Notes: generated from the sequence alone by a model not told the origin. A stretch of DNA of 64,000 bases from Candidatus Latescibacterota bacterium (GCA_965215195.1 CBDCDC010000002.1:704001-768000); one strand, 5' to 3'; shown: positions 41,796 to 52,500, counted from the stretch's first letter. Numbers and translations: made by a program.

Positions 41796-42071
41796 ATGCC
41801 GCTCCAGCAATCCCGCTATTCCGCCGAGGAGACCGCACGACGCGGCGACGAACTGTACGAGCGACATATTCGCCACCAAGTGGAAAAGACCCACGCTGGA
41901 AAAGTCGTCGCCATCGACATCGACAGCGGTAGCTATGCCATCGACGACAACGCCCTCGCGGCATCTAAGCGTCTGTTCATCCAACGTCCCGACGCTGAAA
42001 TCTGGTGCATCCGCATCGGCCATCGGGCACTGCGCCACTTTGGCGGTCGTCCGTTGCAGGGACACCAATGA
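41796..42071 (+). CDS. Small hypothetical protein of the type paired with clan AA aspartic proteases
   Basis: ETARRGDELYERHIR...GKVVAIDIDSGSY...RPDAEIWCIRIG; ATGA coupling to the protease remnant. Confidence 0.7.
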   Translation: MPLQQSRYSAEETARRGDELYERHIRHQVEKTHAGKVVAIDIDSGSYAIDDNALAASKRLFIQRPDAEIWCIRIGHRALRHFGGRPLQGHQ

Positions 42072-42210
42072 TCGCAGGCGTTAGCGATCATCCGCCTTGA
42101 AGTGCAGGGGCCAGCGAGACAAAAGCGCGAGGTGGAAGCTGTCGTGGATACAGGATACAACGGCTTTCTCACGTTGCCGCCACGTCTTATTGCGGCTCTT
42201 GGACTGAGCC
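42068..42210 (+). pseudogene. Frameshifted, truncated clan AA (retropepsin-like) aspartic protease
   Basis: MIAGV in one frame (stop at 42098-42100); AIIRLEVQGPARQKREVEAVVDTGYNGFLTLPP in the next frame; C-terminal half missing. Confidence 0.7.
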
Positions 42211-42248
42211 GCCAAATTGAACTCACATCCCTCCCACGAAAGGCTCCT

Positions 42249-44336
42249 ATGTTCATTCGCTATCTACTGCTCATCGCCCTGTGCTCCACCGCCTACGCCG
42301 ACCCGCAAGCCACCCGCTCCGACCTTGAGATCCATCGCATCCTCAACGTCCCCCAAGGTACGCTCCGCATCGCCAAGGACCCGCGTACCAACGCGCTCTA
42401 CACCTTGCGGCAAAACGGCGCGATTGATCGCATTGACCTAGCGACGGCCCAGCGTGCGCCCGCATACTCCAGAGCCGATCACGGCATCCGCAGCGGCTTT
42501 ACGGGCTTTGCCATCGGGCCGGACGGCTCGTTTTACTTGGCGTCCAACCGCCGTGGCCCCCGCGACAGCGGCCAATTTGCCCTCGCCCGCGGGCTTTTGC
42601 TCAACGCCGACACCGGCGAGCGGCAGTGGGAACAGCTCGACCCAGACAGCTTGCCCGCCGACGTTCCCCTCGACGACATCCTCGCCGCCACCAGCCTCGG
42701 CCGCGATCCCACGACCGACATCCGCTACGCCCTCAAGACCAACGGCGACATCACCCTCGTGCCGTCGGGCACGGTGTACACGGCCGCCGACCACGGCTTC
42801 AGCCGCCCCAGCGCCCTGTTTATCGACGACGCCGGCACTTTCTACGTCCTCAAACGCATCGACCTATCCAGCTACAACATCGCCACCATCACCAAGGGCG
42901 AGGTCGATCCAAGCAGCGGCGAGGCGTGGTACACCTTTCACAACACGGCCGGCGAGATCGTCACTAAGGAAAAGTGGTACAGCTTGCCCAAGGTCCTGCG
43001 GGGCCGGGTCGATACCACCATCGTCAGCAGCGAGCGCACCTTTTTCACCCTCGCGGAAACCGCACCCTACGAGCGGTGCGACTGCATCTTCAACCACGAG
43101 GTCAACGGGCTGGTCGTCAGCCCGGACAACCGCTCGCTCTTTGTCAACAGCGGTTCGCGCACTGATCACGGCGAAATACAAGACGGCAAAGGGGCCTTTC
43201 CCGGGCTGCGCGAAACCGCGCTCACGGCTATCGTCTTGCGCGTCCCGACCGATGCCCGCGATCTCGTACTGCCCAACGACCGCGACGAACTCCGCGCTCA
43301 AGGTTTCCTCTTTGCCGAGGGGCTGCGCAACGCCTACGACCTCGCCTTCGCGCCCAACGGCGACCTCTTCGCCACGGAAAACGGGCCGGACCGCGACATG
43401 GCCGAGGAACTCAACTGGCTGCGCCAAGGCCATCACTACGGCTTTCCCTGGCGCATGGGACTCGAAGATACGCCGCAGCAATTTCCCGAGTACGACCCGG
43501 CCACCGACTTCCTCCTCCCCGCCGGGTTCACGGCCGTGCGCGAAGGCTACTACCACAACGATCCCATGTATCCCCCACCGCCGCGCGCCTTCACCGACCC
43601 GGTGATCAATCGCGGACCAGACGCCGACGCGTACCGCGACCCAGCCGACGGCCAAATCAAGGATGCCAGCGAAGAAGGCGTACGCTTCGCCACCTTTACC
43701 GCGCACCGCTCGCCGCTCGGATTGGTGTTTGACGTGGACCATGCCTGCGCCGAGCCGCTCCAAGGCGATGGCTTCGCGCTCAGTTGGACTAGAGGCGACC
43801 CGGACGGCGACAGCGTCAACGGGCCGTTCAACGACCCCAGCCAAGACCTGCTACACCTCGACTTGGCCAAAGTCGGCGACCACTACCAAGCGCACGTCAC
43901 CCGCCTCGTCGGCGGGTTTGCCAATCCCATTGACGCGGAGATCATCGCCAATCGCCTGTACGTCATCGAGTGGAGCGGCCAGCGCGGGCTGTGGGAAATC
44001 GTCCTGCCGCAAGCTGCAACCGCGACAGCTATTGCCGAGGCCGCAGGCGTTGTGCCGGCGGAGTTTGCGCTGGCGCAAAATTTCCCCAACCCCTTTAACC
44101 CAAGCACCACCATTGCCTTCCAACTCCCCCTCGCCTCCCAAGTCGAGTTGGCCATTTACAGCATCAGCGGCCAGCGCGTGCGCACCCTCATCAGCGGTTT
44201 TCTGCCCGCCGGGCACCATCGCCTCCAATGGGACGGCCGCAACGAGCGCGGTGCGCCAGTGGCCAGCGGCGCGTACCTATACCAGCTATCGGCCGGCGCC
44301 TTTGTCGCCACCCGACAGCTTACGCTGCTCAAGTAA
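42249..44336 (+). CDS. Exported glucose/sorbosone dehydrogenase-like beta-propeller with FlgD-Ig/T9SS-like C-terminal domain (paralog A)
   Basis: Signal peptide, SGSRTDHGE, AEGLRNAYDLAF, TENGPD, EELN, HYGFPW, HRSPLGL; tail QNFPNPFNPST...WDGRNE...LTLLK. Confidence 0.85.
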   Translation: MFIRYLLLIALCSTAYADPQATRSDLEIHRILNVPQGTLRIAKDPRTNALYTLRQNGAIDRIDLATAQRAPAYSRADHGIRSGFTGFAIGPDGSFYLASNRRGPRDSGQFALARGLLLNADTGERQWEQLDPDSLPADVPLDDILAATSLGRDPTTDIRYALKTNGDITLVPSGTVYTAADHGFSRPSALFIDDAGTFYVLKRIDLSSYNIATITKGEVDPSSGEAWYTFHNTAGEIVTKEKWYSLPKVLRGRVDTTIVSSERTFFTLAETAPYERCDCIFNHEVNGLVVSPDNRSLFVNSGSRTDHGEIQDGKGAFPGLRETALTAIVLRVPTDARDLVLPNDRDELRAQGFLFAEGLRNAYDLAFAPNGDLFATENGPDRDMAEELNWLRQGHHYGFPWRMGLEDTPQQFPEYDPATDFLLPAGFTAVREGYYHNDPMYPPPPRAFTDPVINRGPDADAYRDPADGQIKDASEEGVRFATFTAHRSPLGLVFDVDHACAEPLQGDGFALSWTRGDPDGDSVNGPFNDPSQDLLHLDLAKVGDHYQAHVTRLVGGFANPIDAEIIANRLYVIEWSGQRGLWEIVLPQAATATAIAEAAGVVPAEFALAQNFPNPFNPSTTIAFQLPLASQVELAIYSISGQRVRTLISGFLPAGHHRLQWDGRNERGAPVASGAYLYQLSAGAFVATRQLTLLK

Positions 44337-44351
44337 TCCGACCCAAGCGCA

Positions 44352-47330
44352 ATGAGCATCGTCTTGTTCCTAGGCATTCTTGGCCGACTGCGACCTGCGT
44401 CCGCAAACAGTGCTTCGCTCAGACAGCTCTGCAAAAGTTGCCTCGCGCTCGCGGCCCTTTGCTCCACCGCCTATGCCGACCCACAACCCACCCGCGATGA
44501 TCTTGCAATCCGCCGCATCCTCAATGTCTCCCAAGGCACCATCCGCATCGCCAAGGACCCGCGCGACGACGCGCTTTATATCTTGCGGCAGGACGGCGCG
44601 ATCGAGCGCATTGATCTAGCGGCGGCTGAGCGCGTCTTAGTGTATTCCCACAGCCACCACGGCATCCGCAGCGGCTTCACGGGCTTTGCCATTGGGCCGG
44701 ACGGCTCGTTTTATCTTGCGTCTAATCGCCACGGCCCCCGCGACAGCGGCCAATTTGCCCTCGCCCGCGGGCTTTTGCTCGACGCCGACACCGGCAAGCG
44801 GCAGTGGGAACAGCTCGCGCCAGACAACTTGCCCGCCGACGTTCCCATCGACCACATCCTCGCCGCCACCATCTTTGGCCGCGATCCCACAACCAACATC
44901 CGCTACGCGCTCAAGACCAACGGCGACATCACCCTCGTGCCATCGGGCACAGTGTACACGGCCGCCGACCACGGCCTCAGCCGCCCGAGCGCCCTGTTTA
45001 TCGACGCCGACGGCACCTTTTACGTCCTCAAACGCATCGACCTGTCTATCTACAACATCGCCACCATCACCAAGGGCGAAGTCGATCCAAGCAGTGGCAC
45101 GCGCACTTGGTTTACCCTCGCGGAGAGCGAACCCTATGAGCGGTGCGACTGCATCTACAACCACGAGGTCAACGCGCTAGTTGTCAGCCCGGACAATCGC
45201 TCGCTCTTTATCAACAGCGGCTCGCGCACCGATCACGGCGAGATACAAGACGGCGATGGGCACTTCCCCGGGCTGCGCGAAACCGCGCTCACGGCCGTCA
45301 TTTTGCGCGTTCCAACCCATGCTCGCGACCTCGTGCTGCCCAACGACCGCTATGTCCTCCTCGACCAAGGCTTCCTCTTTGCCGAGGGACTGCGCAATGC
45401 CTACGACCTCGCCTTCGCACCTAACGGCGACCTCTTCGCCACGGAAAACGGGCCGGGCCGCGACATGGCCGAGGAACTCAACTGGCTGCGCCAAGGGCAT
45501 CACTACGGCTTCCCTTGGCGCATGGGACTCGAAGACACCCCGCAGCAATTTTCCGACTACGACCCGGCCACCGACTTCCTCCTTTCCCCCCGCTCCACGG
45601 CCGTGCGCGAAGGCTACTACCACAACGATCCCACGTATCCCCCGCCGCCGCGCGCCTTCACCGACCCGGTGCTCAATCTCGGACCAGACGCCGACGCCTA
45701 CCGCGACCCAGCCGATGGCCAAATCAAGGATGCCAGCGAAGAAGGCGTGCGCTTCGGCACCTTTACCGCGCACCGCTCGCCGCTCGGACTGGTGTTCGAC
45801 GTGGATAATGCCCTCGCCGAGCCGCTCCAAGGCGATGGCTTCGCGCTCAGTTGGACGAGGGGCGATCCCGAAGGCGACAGCGTCAACGGGCCGTTCAACG
45901 ACCCCAGCCAAGACCTGCTGCACCTCGACTTGGCCAAAGTCGGCGACCACTACCAAGCGCACGTCACCCGCCTCGTCGGCGGGTTTGCCAATCCCATTGA
46001 CGCGGAAATCATCGCCAATCGCCTGTACGTCATCGAGTGGAGCGGCCAGCGCGGGCTGTGGGAAATCGTCCTGCCGCAAGCTGAGGAGTTCCCGCCCGCC
46101 CGCTTAGGCGACGCACGCGTCTTCAGTGACCTACGCACGCAAACGCCGGCGGCCGGCGTAGTGCCGTACGCAGTCAATGCGCCGTTTTGGTCGGACGGCG
46201 CCACAAAAACGCGGTTCATGCGCCTCCCGCCCGGCGAGCGCATTGCCTTTGCCAGCAGCGGGCCTTGGGGCTTTCCCGACCAGACCCTCCTAGTCAAGAA
46301 CTTTTACCTCGACTTGGTGCGCGGCGATCCGGCCAGCCGGCGCATCGTCGAAACGCGCTTCCTCGTCAAGCGCGTGGAGGCCCCGGGCTGGGACGGGTAT
46401 AGCTATCTGTGGAACGAGGCCGGCACCGACGCCACCTTGCTCGCCGACAGCACGACCGTTGCATACGTGATTGACGACCCCCAAGATCCGGTGGGCTTTC
46501 TCTTACAGGAGTACTACTTTCCCGCGCGCCAAGACTGCGAGGTCTGCCACACCAAGGGCGCGGGCTACGTCCTCGGCGTCCACACGGCCCAGCTCCACGC
46601 CGGCGCGGAACCAAACCAGTTGCACACTCTCGCCCAACAGGGCCTTTTCACCGAGGAGCTGCCAGCCGACTTATCTTCCTTGCCCCGCCTGCCCAACCCC
46701 TTCGACCTCAGCGTCCCACTCGACCAGCGCGCCCGTTCGTACCTGCATGTGAACTGCGCGCCGTGCCACCGGCCCGAAAGCGTCGGCCGCACCATCATCG
46801 ACCTGCGCTACGACACGCCCTTGGTCGAGACCAATACTGTCGGAGCTTTCCCCACGCTCGGCGATTTGGGCGAGCTAGAGGCCCGCATCCTCACCCCCGG
46901 GGCACCCCAGCTTTCCACGCTCTACCTGCGGATGCTGACGCTGGGCACCTTTCGCATGCCCCCGCTGGCGTCGTCAATCATCGACGAGCGCGGTGCCGAC
47001 CTCATCGCGGCATGGATCGCATCTCTCAATTCGGCGACCAAAGCCTTGCCTGCTGAGTTCGCCCTTGCACAAAATCACCCCAACCCCTTCAACGCAGTCA
47101 CCACCGTCCCATTCCAACTCGCGGCCCCCGCTGGCGTTGAGCTGGCCCTGTACAACGCAGTCGGCCAAAAAATCCGCATCCTATTCGCCGGGCATCTGAG
47201 CGCCGGCCGCTACCGCGCCCAGTGGGATGGGCGCGACGATGCCGGCCACAGGGTCGCCAGCGGCACCTATTTCTACAGCTTGCGAGCCGGGCATTACCTA
47301 GAGATCAAGCAACTGACCCTGCTTAAATAA
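44352..47330 (+). CDS. Paralog B: dehydrogenase-like propeller + diheme cytochrome c domain + FlgD-Ig/T9SS-like tail
   Basis: Propeller near-identical to paralog A; YAVNAPFWSDGATK, VETRFL, CEVCH and CAPCH heme motifs, RMPPL; QNHPNPFN...LTLLK. Confidence 0.85.
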   Translation: MSIVLFLGILGRLRPASANSASLRQLCKSCLALAALCSTAYADPQPTRDDLAIRRILNVSQGTIRIAKDPRDDALYILRQDGAIERIDLAAAERVLVYSHSHHGIRSGFTGFAIGPDGSFYLASNRHGPRDSGQFALARGLLLDADTGKRQWEQLAPDNLPADVPIDHILAATIFGRDPTTNIRYALKTNGDITLVPSGTVYTAADHGLSRPSALFIDADGTFYVLKRIDLSIYNIATITKGEVDPSSGTRTWFTLAESEPYERCDCIYNHEVNALVVSPDNRSLFINSGSRTDHGEIQDGDGHFPGLRETALTAVILRVPTHARDLVLPNDRYVLLDQGFLFAEGLRNAYDLAFAPNGDLFATENGPGRDMAEELNWLRQGHHYGFPWRMGLEDTPQQFSDYDPATDFLLSPRSTAVREGYYHNDPTYPPPPRAFTDPVLNLGPDADAYRDPADGQIKDASEEGVRFGTFTAHRSPLGLVFDVDNALAEPLQGDGFALSWTRGDPEGDSVNGPFNDPSQDLLHLDLAKVGDHYQAHVTRLVGGFANPIDAEIIANRLYVIEWSGQRGLWEIVLPQAEEFPPARLGDARVFSDLRTQTPAAGVVPYAVNAPFWSDGATKTRFMRLPPGERIAFASSGPWGFPDQTLLVKNFYLDLVRGDPASRRIVETRFLVKRVEAPGWDGYSYLWNEAGTDATLLADSTTVAYVIDDPQDPVGFLLQEYYFPARQDCEVCHTKGAGYVLGVHTAQLHAGAEPNQLHTLAQQGLFTEELPADLSSLPRLPNPFDLSVPLDQRARSYLHVNCAPCHRPESVGRTIIDLRYDTPLVETNTVGAFPTLGDLGELEARILTPGAPQLSTLYLRMLTLGTFRMPPLASSIIDERGADLIAAWIASLNSATKALPAEFALAQNHPNPFNAVTTVPFQLAAPAGVELALYNAVGQKIRILFAGHLSAGRYRAQWDGRDDAGHRVASGTYFYSLRAGHYLEIKQLTLLK

Positions 47331-47403
47331 CTGACCCCTCGGTCGTCTCCACACACCGACGCAACCAAGCCTCCACATCCATCCCCTCAGGACGACCCAT
47401 CCC

Positions 47404-49578
47404 ATGAATCCCTGCGCCATTGCCCTGTTGGTCCTCGCTTTAGCCAGTTGCGCTGCCGATCCCTACCAAACGCCCGGCACCCAGCGCATGGCCGAGCAAC
47501 TCGCCGCCCTCGCCGCTCGTGCCAACGCCGCGGACAACATCTATTTGAGCCAGCACCGCGTCGATTGGCTGCGCCGCCAGCCCGCACCAGACGACCCGGT
47601 GCAACAGCTTAGCCAACAGGTCGAACTGGCCAAAGAGCTGTTGCGCGCCGGCGCATCCGCCGAGGCAGCCACCCTGTTCGAGCAGGTGCGCGACCAAGCC
47701 GCTGCCCATCGCTTCCGCACTCGGCCGAGCCTCGAAGAGATGATCGCCCTCGCCTACTTGCGGCTCGGCGAGCAGCAAAACTGCATCGACGCCCACAACA
47801 TCGCTTCCTGCCTGCTGCCCATCGCGGCCGCGGGAGTCCACAAGGTACAAGACGGATCGCGTACGGCCATTGCCTACTACCGAGCGATCCTCGAAAAGAC
47901 GCCCTACGATCTGACCTCGCGCTGGCTGCTCAACATCGCCTATATGACCGTAGGCGAGTATCCGCATCAAGTGCCAGCCGGGCATCTCATTCCCCCAGAA
48001 GCCTTCGCCCCTGACGCCGACATCGGCCGCTTCCCCGACCGGGGCCCCGCCCTCGGGCTGGATGTTCTCGGCTTGGCCGGAGGCGGCATTATGGAAGACT
48101 TTGACAACGACGGCTTTCTCGACATCATGGCCACTTCTTGGGGGCTCGACGATCCACTGCGCTACTTCCGCAACCAAGGCGACGGCTCCTTTGCCGAGCG
48201 CACGGCCGCCGCGGGCTTGACCGGCCTAGTTGGCGGCCTCAACGCCGTGCAGACGGATTTTGACAACGACGGCTTCGCCGATGTGCTGGTCCTGCGCGGC
48301 GGCTGGTTTGGTGCCGACGGCCTCCATCCCAACTCGCTATTGCGCAACCAAGGCGACGGCACCTTCGCCGACGTGACCGAGGCGGCTGGGCTGCTCACTT
48401 TGCACCCCACGCAGACGGCTGCCTGGGCCGACTTCGACAACGACGGTTGGCTCGATCTCTTCGTGGGCAACGAGTCCTCGGCCCAAGAGCGACATCCCTG
48501 CGAATTGTTCCGCAACCAAGGCGACGGCTCCTTTGCCGACGTAGCAGCGCAAGTCGGCTTGGATGTCGAGGGCTTCGTCAAAGGGGTGGCTTGGGGCGAC
48601 ATGGACAACGACCGCCGGCCCGACCTCTACATCTCCCGCCTCGGGCAGCCCAATCTGCTCTTCCACAACGACGGTCCAGACGCCGACGGCCGCTGGCGTT
48701 TTTCCGACATAACCGCCCGCGCTGGCGTGAGTCAGCCGACGTTTAGCTTCCCAGTGTGGTTTTGGGACTACGACAACGACGGCTGGCTGGACCTGTTCGT
48801 CTCTGGCTACAAGGCCGATGCCGGCGATGTGGCCGCCGACTACATGGGCCTGCCGCACAAGGGCGAGCCGCCCCGCCTCTACCGCAACCAAGGCGATGGC
48901 ACCTTCGCCGACGTGGCCCAACAGACCCACAGTGACAAAGTTCTCTATACGATGGGCTGCAATTTCGGCGACCTCGACAACGACGGCTGGCTCGATTTCT
49001 ACGCTGGCACCGGCGACCCAGACTACCGTTCGCTAATGCCCAACCGCATGTTCCGCAACGCCGCCGGGCAGCACTTCGAGGATGTAACTACTTCCGGCGG
49101 CTTCGGCCACTTGCAAAAAGGGCATGGCGTCGCCTTCGGCGATATCGACAACGACGGCGATCAGGACATCTACGCGGTGGTCGGCGGGGCCTATTCCGGG
49201 GACGTGTACACCAATGTGCTCTTTGAAAACCCCGGGCACGGCAACCACTGGATCACCCTCAAACTGGAGGGAACTAAGTCGAATCGAGCTGGGATCGGCA
49301 CGCGAATCCAAGCCCGCGCCGGGACGCGGACTATCCACATCCTCGCCGGCACGGGCGCGAGTTTTGGGGCTTCGACCTTACAACAGGAGATCGGATTGGG
49401 GGAAGCTGAGGGGCTCGACGCCCTGACCTTGCACTGGCCGTCGGGCGCGGTGCAAACCTTCACAGACGTGCCGGTCAATGCAGTGTATCGGGTCCGCGAA
49501 GACGCCACGGCCCTAGAGCGCTTGGAGGTCTATCCCCTCGCGCTAGCTACTGAGGGCCACCGAGCGCATCGCCATTAA
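47404..49578 (+). CDS. CRTAC1-family (FG-GAP/VCBS repeats + ASPIC/UnbV) lipoprotein
   Basis: Lipobox LASC, repeated DFDNDGxLD and FRNQGDG(S/T)F, SNRAGIGTRI, EIGLG, HWPSG. Confidence 0.92.
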   Translation: MNPCAIALLVLALASCAADPYQTPGTQRMAEQLAALAARANAADNIYLSQHRVDWLRRQPAPDDPVQQLSQQVELAKELLRAGASAEAATLFEQVRDQAAAHRFRTRPSLEEMIALAYLRLGEQQNCIDAHNIASCLLPIAAAGVHKVQDGSRTAIAYYRAILEKTPYDLTSRWLLNIAYMTVGEYPHQVPAGHLIPPEAFAPDADIGRFPDRGPALGLDVLGLAGGGIMEDFDNDGFLDIMATSWGLDDPLRYFRNQGDGSFAERTAAAGLTGLVGGLNAVQTDFDNDGFADVLVLRGGWFGADGLHPNSLLRNQGDGTFADVTEAAGLLTLHPTQTAAWADFDNDGWLDLFVGNESSAQERHPCELFRNQGDGSFADVAAQVGLDVEGFVKGVAWGDMDNDRRPDLYISRLGQPNLLFHNDGPDADGRWRFSDITARAGVSQPTFSFPVWFWDYDNDGWLDLFVSGYKADAGDVAADYMGLPHKGEPPRLYRNQGDGTFADVAQQTHSDKVLYTMGCNFGDLDNDGWLDFYAGTGDPDYRSLMPNRMFRNAAGQHFEDVTTSGGFGHLQKGHGVAFGDIDNDGDQDIYAVVGGAYSGDVYTNVLFENPGHGNHWITLKLEGTKSNRAGIGTRIQARAGTRTIHILAGTGASFGASTLQQEIGLGEAEGLDALTLHWPSGAVQTFTDVPVNAVYRVREDATALERLEVYPLALATEGHRAHRH

Positions 49579-49583
49579 ACCGC

Positions 49584-52500
49584 TTACAGCCGGGCCAACA
49601 GCCGCGCTGCCGTGGCGTGGTTCGGCTCCACCGCCAACAACTGCTGCAAGGTCTGCCGCGCCGCGGCGAGGTGGCCCAGCCGCTGATGGGAAAGCGCCAT
49701 GCTCAAATAGGCTTTGGTGTGACGCGGCTGCAAGGCGATGGCCTGTGTAAAAGCAGTCACTGCGCCCTCGTTTTCTCCGGCCTTCTGCAAGGCCAACCCC
49801 AAATTGAAGTGGTGCGAGGCGTCGGCCCGGTCCAGCGCGACGGCCTTTTCATAGGCGTCGATCGCCTGCGGCAAGTCTCCCATCTGCAAATGGGCCGTGC
49901 CGAGGTTGTTGTACGCCGGGGCGTAGTCGAACTCGGCGAGGGCCTCGCGGAAGCGTTCCTCGGCCTTGGCGAACTCGCCCCGCTGCAAAAAGACCAACCC
50001 CTGTGCGTTGAGCGCTTCGACGTAGCGCGGCTTGCGGTCGATCGCCTGCTGGTAGTGGATATGCGCCTTGTCGAGCAAGCCCTGCCGCACGTAGAGTAAG
50101 CCGAGGTTCTTGTGCGCCTCATAGGCGCCGGCATCCAGCGCTAGCGCCCGCCGATATTCGCCGGCGGCCTTCTCCCAGTCGCCCTGCCGCGCATAGAAGA
50201 CGCCGAGGTTGTTGTGGGCACCGGCCAAGTCCGGGAACAACTCGACCATCTTCTCCCGCGCCTCGGCCTCGTCGGCCGTCCAGTAAAATTGGAAGAGCGA
50301 GAGCATCACCACTGGCACTGCGAAATAGGCCACTTGCCGGCCGGCCTCGCGCAAGTACGAGACCAAGCCGCTCGGCAATGCCGGCAAGCCAATGCGGTTG
50401 GACCCTTCCTCGGCATTGATCCCCAGATTGGCTTGGTTTTTGCGGTCGCGGATTTTCCAGATGAACCCGTCGAAGTAGTAGTGCAAAAGCGTCGAGGTGA
50501 TGACGAAAATCTCGACCATTTTGATTGCCTGCTCGGACTTGAGGAAGCCCTCCATCATGTTGATGCTGCCGTAGGCAAAGCAGACTAGCACATACGCGAC
50601 TAGGATTGGCAAGGTGCGCGTGGTGAAGAAGGTGCGCAGGAGCTTGGTGGTGCGCTCCTGCCTTTTGACGAGGTTGTTGTTGTAGATCCAGACGATGGCG
50701 AAGTACTGGATATCGTGAAAAACGGCAAAGGCCGCGTAGCCGATGACGAGGTCGTTGATGTGTATCCAGCCGTAGTAGATGATGAACACCGTCGTCGCCA
50801 TCACCGCGATTTTGGGCAGGCTTATCTTCTGACCGGTGACCGCCCGCTGGACGATATTGGCCAAGTAGGCCGCCAGCACGACCATCGTACAATAGAACAG
50901 CACCTTTTTGAGCAGGAACGTCAATTCGGCCGACAGGAAGGGTACGCCGACCCGCTGGTTGTGGTCGAGGATGCGGTGGAAGTATTCCGGGCTATAGATG
51001 ACCACCGTTACAAAGGCGCACAAGGTCAACAGCCAGTCGAGTCGAGAATTGAGCTTGGAGAAGATCTTGTTTTTGGCATCGTAAATCCGCATGATGCCGT
51101 AGTGCTGCATGAAGAGGTGCCAGATCTCCCACACTAGGACCACCAAGAACAGCCCGTGCAGGGTGTTGAACTGGGCCAGTGCCGTCACCACCAGCACGAC
51201 AATTGGCGCGACGATGAACTTCTCCTTAAAGGTGCTGAATAGCTCTGGGTCGCCGTAAGCGCGCATAAAGCCGGGCAGGTGATGCCCGGTGGCAAACAGC
51301 GCCAGCGCGTAGAAGGCGATGGTCTGCGAGTCGAACGCGGCCCGCAATGGCAGCATGGTCACCAAGCACAAAAGCGGCGTACCAATAAAAAAGAATAGGT
51401 CGCCAAAGGGCGAGATGATCCACTTCTGATCGAGGGTGCGTACTACTTGGCCCTGCCCGGCGTCGGCCCCCGCGTCAATGCGGCACACGTACACACCAGG
51501 CACCACCCGAACACCCCACGCATCCAATCCGCCCCAACTAAACGACTGCAACACGCCCGCACCCGACGAAGCAAGCACCGCCACTTCGCGACCCGCTACG
51601 TCGAAAATGCGTACGCTCGGCGTAGCGTCCACCGCCTTGAACAGCGCAAAGCGGATCTGCACGTGATCGTTGATGCCGTCGCCGTTGGGCGAAAACACCG
51701 GCGGCACAAGCTGCAAATCCCCGATCAGCCGCGCGCTGCCGGGCAGGTCGGGCAGAAACACCAAGTTGGCTTGCCGCTCGGCCGCCTCCACCGACTGCCA
51801 CAGCCCCGGACGCGCTTCTTGCCCCAAGTCCGCAGCAAAGACCGTGGCGTTGCGCAGCACCTTAGTGGTAAAGGCCACCGCCAGCGAATCCGTCCGCACC
51901 GTCTCCGGCAAATCGACAAAAAGCAGCGAATCTCCGGCCACGCGCACCCCGCTCGCCTCGCGTGCCACGCCCCCAATCCACAGCCGCACATCGGCGGCAT
52001 CTACCGCACTGGGCGTGGAAAAGCGCAGCCGGTCAAAGCCCGAGTCGCCTTCGGCCGCATGCGTCTGCAGCGCATACGTGAACTGCATGGCCGCGTTGGG
52101 TACGGCATGGCGCGGCGCAATCTGACCGGCCGCCTGCGACACCAACGCATCTTCAAAATCCAGCGCTAGGGCGTGCAACACCGGCGCGACGGCTGGATCC
52201 TCAGTAGAGAGAATCAGTTCCAATTGGATGAAGCGGCGCGGCGTCTCGGACTTAAACGCCTCGCCGGAAAACTGGTAGAAGTTGCTCCACGCGCCCCAAT
52301 CGGGGCCGACCGCGACTGTGGTGTCAATGGGGCCGCGGATGACCTTGGGCAAGCTGTTGTAGCGCGTCTCGGTGACTTGCTCGCCCTTTTTGTCGTAGAA
52401 CGCGTATAGCTCTTGCAGGGTGTTGCCCGTGCGCGAGCGCACTTGCAACCGCGTCTGGTCGGGCGTGGTCGCCTCCCAGCGCAAGTGCTTGATGGCCTTG

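Noticed and set aside
42249-46082. Possible diversity-generating retroelement template/variable repeat pair
   Set aside because: The similarity spans whole genes, differences are not adenine-specific, and no reverse transcriptase is in the window.
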